This document shows, in pieces, positions 48,801 through 58,332 of a stretch of DNA of 64,000 bases. Numbering within the stretch: position 1 is the stretch's first letter; each line of letters starts with the position of its first letter. The DNA is taken from positions 1 through 64,000 of the forward strand of contig CDMY01000400.1 in assembly GCA_001179505.1 (NCBI GenBank). The letters are read 5' to 3'. Origin of the DNA: Vitrella brassicaformis CCMP3155 (Eukaryota > Protista > Chromerida). The notes beneath the pieces are model-generated. The model worked only from the letters and a program-made list of their open reading frames with translations, was not told the origin of the DNA and did no database searches. The translations under genes and the position numbers were made by a program.

Positions 48801-51427
48801 GCTGTTTCCGAAGCCGATTGACGCACGTACGCACACACACACACACGGCAAGGACGTATCAACACACAGATGTGATGGGTGTTGTGTTGGTCTGTGTGCG
48901 GGTGGGTGGGATGGCCAGGTGTGTGTGTGCGTGAGGCCATCGGGGATCTGCCGTCGATCAGCGGGCCGCTGGCGTGTCACGAAAACGGGGGCTACAGGAC
49001 CTACGCGCGGAAAGGCAAGCGCTCTCGAGACGCCAATTCATGGACTGATGAGTCTGTTTGTACGGGTGTGTGTGTGTGTGAACAGGCACGCTGTGTGTCT
49101 ACCAGAAGGACATGCGCGACATCGTCAACAACCGACCACTCAGGAACCATGTAGGCGTGCATGGATTGTGTCCGCACCCACCCACACCCCCACACACACA
49201 CGCATGGGACAGACGCACCTCGTTGACGTGTCATGCAGGTGTTCGTGTCATCGGATGAGCACCATCACCCGTCGCAATCGTCGCAATCGTCGCCGTCGGC
49301 GTGCGAGTGGCAGCAGATCTACACCCACACAAACGTCATCACGATGCACCCCGACCCAAAGCAGAAGAGGCCTCTCACCGTGTAAGCACCCATCCATCCA
49401 CCCATCACACAGAGAGAGAGAGAGAGAGAGAGGTGGTCCCCCCCGCATGTGTGTTGTGTTGTGTGTGTGGCAGCCGTGAGTACGGTCGTCTTTGGTCGTT
49501 CCCCGACTCGTTCTTCTTCTCTGCCGGCATCACACAGCACCAGATCAACATCAGTATGCGCACTCACAAAGTGTGGTGTGCGCCGGTTATATACTCTGTG
49601 TGTGTGTGTGTGTGTGTTCAGTTGTGGCATCCACGCCTCCCCTGGTGCTCAAGCACATCGCCATGGCTCTCACTGACGGCGACGTGTATGTGCCCCCCCC
49701 CCCCCCCCCCNNNNNNNNNNNNNNNNNNNNNNNNNNNNNNNNNNNNNNNNNNNNNNNNNNNNNNNNNNNNNNNNNNNNNNNNNNNNNNNNNNNNNNNNNN
49801 NNNNNNNNNNNNNNNNNNNNNNNNNNNNNNNNNNNNNNNNNNNNNNNNNNNNNNNNNNNNNNNNNNNNNNNNNNNNNNNNNNNNNNNNNNNNNNNNNNNN
49901 NNNNNNNNNNNNNNNNNNNNNNNNNNNNNNNNNNNNNNNNNNNNNNNNNNNNNNNNNNNNNNNNNNNNNNNNNNNNNNNNNNNNNNNNNNNNNNNNNNNN
50001 NNNNNNNNNNCCCCCCCCCCCCCCCCACACACACACACACAATGATGCAGAGATGTGTGTGCATGGGTATGGGGCGTCTATCTACGTCGGTGTGTGTGTG
50101 TGCAGGCCTCCCGCGGTAGACGATGCCCACCCCGCCCCACCCGCACCAGCTGCGGCTGTCTGTGTTTGTGTAGCTGACGGCAAGGACGACAAGAAGAGGG
50201 GCGGTGGCAGGAAGAGACCATTGGAGGAAGGTATGTGTCCGCACATCCACAATCCGAATCATTGTATGCCCCTGTTTGTGTGTGTGTGTGTGTGTGTCCG
50301 CCTGTCTGGGCGCACTCAGCCGATGAGAAGAAGGACCATAGGGAGGGGGGTGGCGGCGGCAGTGGCGGTAGCAAGAAGGCAGCGTCGGATAAGAATGAAG
50401 GTCGGTACCCCATACACCGTACACACGCCAAACGGTTCACTCAATGCATATAGGACGGCAATATGGGTGCGTGCAGATGACGTTGATGTTGATGTTGTTG
50501 ATGACGACGAGCCCAAGCGGCCAATCAGGGCCAGGAAGAACAACAAGCGCAAGCTGCCCGACAGCGACATAGAGGAGGAGGACGGTACGCACACACGCAT
50601 CAGAGAGAGAAGAGACACATGTGTTTTCATTCCTGCAGATGAGCACGAGAAGAAGGAGGCGGAGAAGGACAGCGAGAAGAAGAAGGACAAGGACAAGGAG
50701 ACACCCGTGGCCGCCGCTGCTGCAGCAGCTGCTGCTGCACCCGTCCCTGCTGCTGCTGGTGCTGCTTCTGCTGCTGCATCGGGGTGAGTACCACATTGGT
50801 GTCCAAATGCAGCACCATCTGTGTGCACGTCATGGATGGATGGATGAGTGCAGGTCAGCTGCCGATGGCGATGACGGCGTCCATGATGAGGACGGGTTGA
50901 GGATGTACGTGGACATCGTCCCGGACGGCCAACGCCACGGCGGCCATCAAGACCAAGCAAAGGAGGAAGAGGCAGCTGACAGCACACAGGACAAGAAGGA
51001 CAACAAGGGCAAAGACACACAGAAGGTACCCACCCACCCCCACAGAGACACGTGCCCCATCCGTACTTGTTCGTGCCTTTTTGTGTGCCGCATTCACACA
51101 TAGGCCGACAGCAAGAAGGTCTCTCCCAAGCCGAAAGCCAAGTCGGCCCCGAAGGCCAAGCCGCAGGCTGAGGCCAAGAAGAAGACCTCGGGCACCAAAC
51201 CGGACGCCAAGCGGCAGAAAAAGGAGAAGGAGGAGAGAGAGGGAGACCACAAACGGGGTGAGTGCTGCGCCCCACATGAGATGCGTGTATTGACGGCGGA
51301 CACATGTTTGCCTTTGCGTGTGGTGTGTGTTGGGCGGGTGGATGCGCTGTGCATGTGTTGTGTTGTGTTGTGTGTGTGATCAGGCCAGGTGCAGAGCAGC
51401 ATCACGCAGTTCTTCGGCAAGAAGTAG
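32797..51427 (+). CDS. Giant multidomain protein: Sacsin/NO-VEIN-type GHKL ATPase, long middle region, 2x FN3, BAH, degenerate C5 DNA-methyltransferase fold, charged tail, PIP box
   Basis: About 100 short exons joined in phase by a manual walk (GT-AG plus two GC-AG introns; gaps at 33545, 35241 and 49711 unresolved). GHKL: EELIQNVRDA, YNERGF..ICFIGESTK, VGEKGQGFKAVF, LQPECFLFL, GLPALVNADWRLASNRE..WN. FN3: FEVSWTDCPGADKYMLQ..YELFVTAL and TIKLAWDRVEGAEGYDVYV..VKIRAF..SDWS. MTase: DLFAGGG, PEYVVLESP, DYGVPNTR, VREAIGDLP, LTVREYGRLWSFPDSF. Ends QSSITQFFGKK*. Confidence 0.8.
33845..35217 (+). repeat. Apparently identical 689-bp tandem duplication of four GHKL exons (probably an assembly artefact)
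   Basis: The unit starting at 33845 recurs at 34534 (offset 689). Both outer ends abut N gaps. Splicing both copies would join phase 2 to phase 0 and shift the frame. Confidence 0.85.
51392..51415 (+). other. Canonical PCNA-interacting (PIP) box QSSITQFF at the C-terminus of the giant protein
   Basis: Last exon (51384-51427) encodes GQVQSSITQFFGKK*, which matches Q-x-x-[ILM]-x-x-F-F. Confidence 0.8.
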
Positions 51428-52014
51428 ACAGATGGCTGGCGGCGGACACGGACAGACAAGTAGATAGTTGTTGGCGTTTTCCATCCCACCCACTCCATTC
51501 CACCTCATGGCTGCGCTGCCCGTCGATGTGCATATGTGAATGCAGGCAGACGTTTGTGTGTGTAGGTATCCAGCATTCCTTTTGTGCATAATTCGTTCGT
51601 ATGTGAGAGATTCGGTCACTCACTCAGCACACAGACGTGTACGTGGATGTATGCGTCGAGCTCACGACTATGACTAAAACTGCATAGGGTGACGATGTGC
51701 GCTCCTTTTTGCGCGTCAACAGCGTGTGTGATTGATTGATTGCTTGATTGATTCCGAGCATGCATGACACGTGTGAATGAGACATGGCAGGTCACGGCAC
51801 AGCCCGTGATAAAGCGACCTATTAGGATGTGTGTCCCTCCCTCTCCCTCCCTCCCTCCCTCCCTCCTAGCTCTGTCTACACAGCAGCCAGCCATCCACAC
51901 AGGCACACGATTAGACACACACAGACACACGCACGCAGTAACTAAGTCACCCTCACATAAACCAACAAGGACAGCCCCCCCAGTATCAGCAGCAGCAAGT
52001 AGGTGAACATCACC

Positions 52015-52851
52015 TCAGACCACAGTCCTGAAGGCAGCCAGCAGCTTCTTGCCCTCATCCCTGCCCACACTACTGCTACTCCAACGGGCCAGCAGTATAC
52101 TGCTGGTCAGCTGCGACTCGGTGATGAACACCGTGTTCGCCACCAGGGGGATAAGACAGAGAAGCCCGAGCCAAGTCGCTAAGTCCCAGACCAGTGGAAG
52201 AGTCCACACCAAATAGTGAGCCCAAGCGATGACAGATACAGCACAGATCAAGTGGGTCAACACGGCGCGGCGTTTGGCGTCGTCCAAGAGAGGTGAGACC
52301 ACCCCAAAGGCAGCAGAAAGCCGTGTGAGGAACGCCACAGAGGCTGGGAAGAAGAAGGCCCAGGTCAGGCAGGCCCAGGCCCAGACGGACCGAGGGATGA
52401 GGCCAGCGAGGAAGAGGAAAGGGACCAGGAACCACACGTGATGCAGCAACAGCGACACGTAGAAATCGATCCTACAGAACTGCATAAACGAAAGCAAAGA
52501 CACAGAGAGGAAGGAGTCCGATTGGCACCCACCACCCCGGCTGTGCTTTCTTCACCCGATCTCACCCTCTCGATCTTGGGTTGCGCCTCGCGTGCTAGCG
52601 TGGCTCGTGTGGCCCTGCGCAGTGGTCCTGCCGCAACCTCGCGAGGTCCTCGTTCCGCCGTAGGCTGAGAAGCCGGACGCCATGGTGGAAGCACCAGGTA
52701 AGGCATCGAACGGCCAAGAGGAAACGGAAACAGGAGAGATCTCGCCCAGCTCGAGGTCCAATCCCACGGGCTTCACGGTCGCATCCTCAGAGAGATCACC
52801 AGGTAGATCTTCTATGGGAATCGAAGGATTGCCAAGCACGCGAACAGCCAT
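52015..52851 (-). CDS. Multi-pass membrane protein of unknown function (paralog of 1417-2274)
   Basis: Likely three exons: MAVRVLGNPS...TVKP|PTAERG...QPKIER|FCRIDFYVSLLLHHVWFLVPFLFLAGLIPRSVWAW...AAFRTVV*. Hydrophobic final exon; upstream exon boundaries are less certain. Confidence 0.65.
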
Positions 52852-52993
52852 GATCGTCCAGACCTCCTTGCCCGGAAAGGGAAGGAGAGGAAGGAGAAAG
52901 GTGCTGAGCTCGTCAGCAGCCTTAGGACTTTCCGTGAAACCGTGCTCAGGCGCTAAGCTCGCAGTGAAATTGGAAGCTTGAGCCGAGACACCA

Positions 52994-53793
52994 ATGGTAA
53001 GAACACACCCCCCACTCCAGAGCAGCAGGCAGCCAGCTGCAGGAAGAAACACGAAAACAGGCGGCACAGATCAGATCTGACAAACGAGGCAGTTGCAGGC
53101 AGGAGGAGTCCCGCCGAGGCAGTCTGCCAGTGTCGCTTCCCTCACACGCTTCACGACACACCACGCACACACACACCACTCACGCACGGGTGTTTGATGG
53201 TCACCTGCCCTCCCCCTCTCACTCCATCCGCTGTGCTCTCTCTGTGCGTGTGTGGTTCAGGTTGGCAAGACCAAGGCGCACGAGTTGCGCAACTCGAGCG
53301 AGAAGGAGCTTTTGAAGAAGCTCGAGGAGTACCAGAATGAGCTCGCCTCTCTCAGGGTCGCCAAGGTCACTGGAGGTGCCGCTTCGAAACTCGCCAAGAT
53401 CAAGGTACACAACACACGCACACCCAGTCAGTACGGAAGGAAGGAGGCGTGTATGCGTCTATGCGTGTGTGTGTGGTGCAGATCGTGCGCAAGTCGATTG
53501 CGCGGATCCTGACGGTGTACAATCAGAAGCGGAAGGAGGAGGCGCGCAAGGAGTGGGACAAGAAGAAGTACAAGCCCATCGACATCAGGCAGAAGAAGAC
53601 GCGCGCCAAGAGACGGAAAATCCCTGCCGGATTCGCTAAACCAACCGTCAAGTGAGTGGTCGACACAACACAGCCATGGTTGTGCCCGCCTCATGTGCTC
53701 TTGGTGTGTTGCATTTCGTGTGCGTGTGTGTCCTGCAGGGAGACCAAGAAGCAGATGAACATCAAGACTCGCCGCTATGCTGTCAAGGCATGA
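52994..53793 (+). CDS. RPL35: 60S ribosomal protein L35 (uL29)
   Basis: ATG-only first exon, then [48 protein letters not shown]|[15 protein letters not shown]...[16 protein letters not shown]...|[17 protein letters not shown]. Confidence 0.97.
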
Positions 53794-56124
53794 GCCGTCT
53801 CTGAGTGGTGCTTGCAGAGAATGCATGTGGGCGGCTCTCATGTGCGGACGGTTTGGCGACCTCTTGTTGGGTGGCGATGTGACGACACTTGCGTGGTCGG
53901 TGTGATGTGATGTGAAGGGCTGACATCTCCTGCATGCGCACGCACGCACTCCCAGACACCGAAAAGCGATTTCACGGTGCCAATCAGTCATGGGAGTCCA
54001 TCACACATACATGCACACGCACGTTCACATTCATGCACAACAAACTCATGACATGCAAGGCAGCTACAGTCATCACGCAGCACACACATGTGTCTGCGAC
54101 CCCTTCGTTCGTTCGCCAACCACCGCCCGCCCACTCATCTGTACACACACGGGCACTCTCTCGCTCAAGGTAGTGCATGTGAAACGCACCACGGTCGACT
54201 GAAAACGGTAGATTCGCCGTCTCGACACCGAGGCCAAGTGGTTGAAAGGCAGAGTCCCCTGCCCATCAAACACTCGGCCTCCGGCTCGACACGCAAAACC
54301 CACCAGCCATCAGCCACCCATCAGAACGACAGTCCATCAGAAGGAGAGGGAGGAAAAAGCGTTCGCAGGACCATACCTCAGCCCGTCAGCACCCAGCCAG
54401 CCGTATGCACAAATGACTCTCTCGCTCTCTCGCTCTCTTCTGTCGCCACCCAACCCAATGAAAGACGGCAGGAAACACTCGACTCACTCGGTGTATCGTG
54501 CCCTCATGAATGCGGCTGCTCCCCGTGTCTCATGCTCTCACCGCACACGACCTCAGCCACGCCAGCGCGCATTGGCTCGACCAAGGACATGTACTACCAA
54601 GATCTGAGTCACAGGCAGCAGTCGCACCGAGCCTCCATGGGACAAACAAGACGAGATGATCATGCAGTTGCATCAGCAGCAGCGGTAGTGAAAGGGAGAG
54701 GGGAGATAGCCAGTTGCAGGCAGGCAGGCAGGCCCTCCCTGGTGAGGTGAAACATAACCAACATCGGAACAATTTCACCATTCATGCGCGTGCAAAAATG
54801 CGCCCTTCATGTGATGTCAAAACTGACCCACCCAGCCATTCCCCTCTCCCATACGACGATACCCACACGCACACTCTCCCACTCATATAACTCATGGATT
54901 GGTGCGTTGAGAGAGGCGGGCCTGCTGTCTGTCTGCCTGCCTGTCTGGTCGTGTCTGTCTGGAAGTGCATCAGGTTTCAGGTAACGGGTGGTAGTGGTAG
55001 GAGTGTGTTGATCGGGTAGCAAAAACACGTCCGCCGGATGCTTGAGGTGAGCTTATCACAGTCGCCGCGCCAACCCACGCCACGCAGTCTCTATCTCTCT
55101 CTCCCATCCCCTGCACCTGGCCTTCTGTACATTATACGCTTGTATACACACACAGACAGACACTCAGTCAGACAGACAGACAGACTGACCAACACGCGAC
55201 ACAACGCAGACCCAGACGCACACAGCAGACAGGCCGATGGAGCGAACGAAGGAAGGAGCCATCACACCTTCAAAAATCCNNNNNNNNNNNNNNNNNNNNN
55301 NNNNNNNNNNNNNNNNNNNNNNNNNNNNNNNNNNNNNNNNNNNNNNNNNNNNNNNNNNNNNNNNNNNNNNNNNNNNNNNNNNNNNNNNNNNNNNNNNNNN
55401 NNNNNNNNNNNNNNNNNNNNNNNNNNNNNNNNNNNNNNNNNNNNNNNNNNNNNNNNNNNNNNNNNNNNNNNNNNNNNNNNNNNNNNNNNNNNNNNNNNNN
55501 NNNNNNNNNNNNNNNNNNNNNNNNNNNNNNNNNNNNNNNNNNNNNNNNNNNNNNNNNNNNNNNNNNNNNNNNNNNNNNNAACACACAAGACACACATGAA
55601 TTGCATCCCAATCGTCAAAAACTCATGTAGCACGCATCCGTGACATCCATCCATCCAGCAGCTACTCATGGCACAAGTGAACGAAATCAGAGAGAGGAGG
55701 GAAGCCGAATTCCTGTCTGAACGTTCGTGCGTGTGTCTCCCTTCCTGCCCATTCCCCGCAACTGCATAAAGGCCGTTTGTGTGCCTGTCTGATCGGCCGC
55801 TTGACGACCGACCGATGGTGAATGAAAATGGCCGTCATGATGGTGGTGAAAACACATCACACACACACGGACACACGAAGAACCTCTCTCACACTCACTC
55901 TCTCACGTACGCAGGTCGGTCACTTTGTGAGCGGGGCCCTTCTCCCCCTCTCTGTCTCTCACTGCACTACACACATGCAACAAAATGCACGCACCGCTCA
56001 CACGCACGTCGTGACACGATAGAGACAAAGAAAATGCATTACATACGACAACGGTGTGTACGGTATGGAATAAAGAAAACTCTCCCATGCAGGCAGCCGT
56101 GTATGAGCGAGTGTAGTCGGTTAG

Positions 56125-57958
56125 CTAGTTAGTGTCCGGGCGGGAAGGGGTTGGGGTCGTTCCTCTGCATGCCCGCAAACGTGTGGTTGACCTCACGGTG
56201 GTGGGACTCGTCAGCTGCAACGGCACCCAAAACACCCCCCAAAACAGCCATCCATCCAATCTGTCTGTCTGTCTGTCTGCGCGTCCCCGCCTGTCTGCCT
56301 GTGTGCGGTTTTACCTCTGATGGCGAGCCAGACGTCGCGGAGCATGGCCTTCTTGCCCAGCTGCCAGTACGCGCGCGCCACGGGTGGTGCGGGCATGTGT
56401 GTGAAGAGGGGCAGCTTCCCCTTGTCCATCTCTTCTATCAGGTGCGTGTACGTCTTGACGGCCTCCTCCTCAAGATATCCCACAAACCTGACACACCAAC
56501 GCCACACACACACGTGCGTGGGGGGGTATGGGTAGATGAGATGAGTGAGAAGGTGTCTGAGTCTAGTCTCCATCTCTCTGAGGCATCCCTCCGTACCTGT
56601 GTGCGAATCTGGGTGAGAGGAGGTATGAGCATGTGAAGAATGCGAGGAAGACGCCCTGTGCGAAGAGCACGGTGGACCGGAAGATGGGGCCGGGCTTGCG
56701 CAGCACCAACGCCGTCATCAGATGCATCCGCTCGTTCTCGGCCTCTGAAGAAGCAGACAGATACCGTACACAGTGGTGGATGGTGTGAGAGAGTGGCTGT
56801 GTGGTTGTCTCACAAACCTTCGAGCAGTGTGTGGATCCATCCGTAGTCCCTCTCCATGCGGCGGAGGGAGTTGAGGTGACGCACCATCGCACCCACCATG
56901 CCTGGCACATACACACACCAACGACGCAGATGAGTGTTCCATGCTCTGTGTGTGCGTGTGTGCGTGTCGAGGACTCACCAGGAACGCCTGCGACGGTCTC
57001 GAGGAAGACGACCCGGTTGAGCCATCCCTTCTCGTCAACCAAACCAAACTTGTAACCTGCAAACACGCACATCAAACGAATGCAGGTCGAGGGTATTCTG
57101 GTTGGTGTGTGGGTCACTCTCTCTCTCACCCGATGCGGTGTCGAAGACGAATCTGAGTGCCGACACGGACGCAAAGGCCATCCGGTCGGTAATGTTCAGT
57201 GGCTTGTAATGGGTTATCCTGACAACGCAACACAACACAGCACACAAACCGCACAATCAACACGCGGCCTTACGTGCGTAGCCAGGTGTGTGTTGAGCTC
57301 ACGAGACAGTGTTTGCGGAGTTTTCGTCCCAGATGGGGTGTGGCAGCGAGTAGGACGCCTTCTGCTGTCTCTGCTCCTCAACCACCTCACCGGTCAACGG
57401 ATGCGCCTGCAGGGGGACGCCAAGAAACACAGATGCACATCCACAGGTCGCTCTCCACGTGTGCGTTCTGTGGTGAGAGCTATGTGCTTACCAGAGCGTC
57501 CTTCCTGAAGTGCGGCGTGTCCGCCGCACCCTCTGCGATGCGCTCTGCAGCACGCTCAGCAGCTGCCAACGACACAAGACACACAACAGACAGACACACA
57601 CACGTACAGCCAACCTTCTGACTTGCTTCTCTCGAGACCTCCCTCCCCCCTCTCTCCGTGTCGCCCTTGGTGTGTGCCTGCCTGAGGTACCAGGTGAGCT
57701 GCGGTGGAGCTGGTGCTCGTGTCCCTCGCTGTCCTTGAGCATCTCGCCCCTCCCGCTGTGCTCCCCGCCCAGCACACCAGTGCTGGCCGTCCTCACCCTA
57801 CCCACCACCAGAGGGCTCGCCCGCACAGCCTGGGAGCCCGTCTGACGCACCAGGGACGACGCAGCCATGCTCTGAAGACGCACGAGGGCCGCTGCCGACA
57901 TGTGAGTGCCCATCTGCCCGCCGAGCGAGAGGGCGACGCGAGACGAAGTTGCCAGCAT
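56125..57958 (-). CDS. AOX: Mitochondrial alternative oxidase
   Basis: Transit-peptide-like N-terminus; di-iron motifs [19 protein letters not shown]|[22 protein letters not shown] and IR|[11 protein letters not shown]. Confidence 0.95.
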
Positions 57959-58332
57959 CACAATAGGTGAGAGGATGAGGTGTTAACGATTTGTTTTCTC
58001 CAATCACGGGGACACCGTCAAGTGCGCGAAGGTTTCGCGGAGAAGCTCGCGTCCCGCTTCCCCTTCCTTTGCGTTTTACCGGTGCTTCGCGTCAGTGTAA
58101 GGTGCGTCGTGAGAGAAGCTGGGAAGTCCTCTTTGTTCCCTCTTTCCTCCGTTGAGAGAGCCCGACTGATTGAAGGTCGGTATGACAGAGAGGGAAGGGA
58201 ATGGGATTGGGAGGATAGGCAGGGAGGAAGAGCACTGGCACATGAAACCAAATTAGCGGTTGATCATTCCCTGTTGTGCTGGATTCCGCCTGATCTCGTC
58301 CTGCGTGTGTGCTGTGTGTTGTGGCCCAGAGC

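Noticed and set aside
52997-53260. snoRNA hosted in the first RPL35 intron
   Set aside because: No convincing C/D (RUGAUGA/CUGA) or H/ACA box arrangement visible.
54000-55279. ORFs between RPL35 and AOX
   Set aside because: No coherent exon chain or domain; dominated by microsatellites and cut by a gap.
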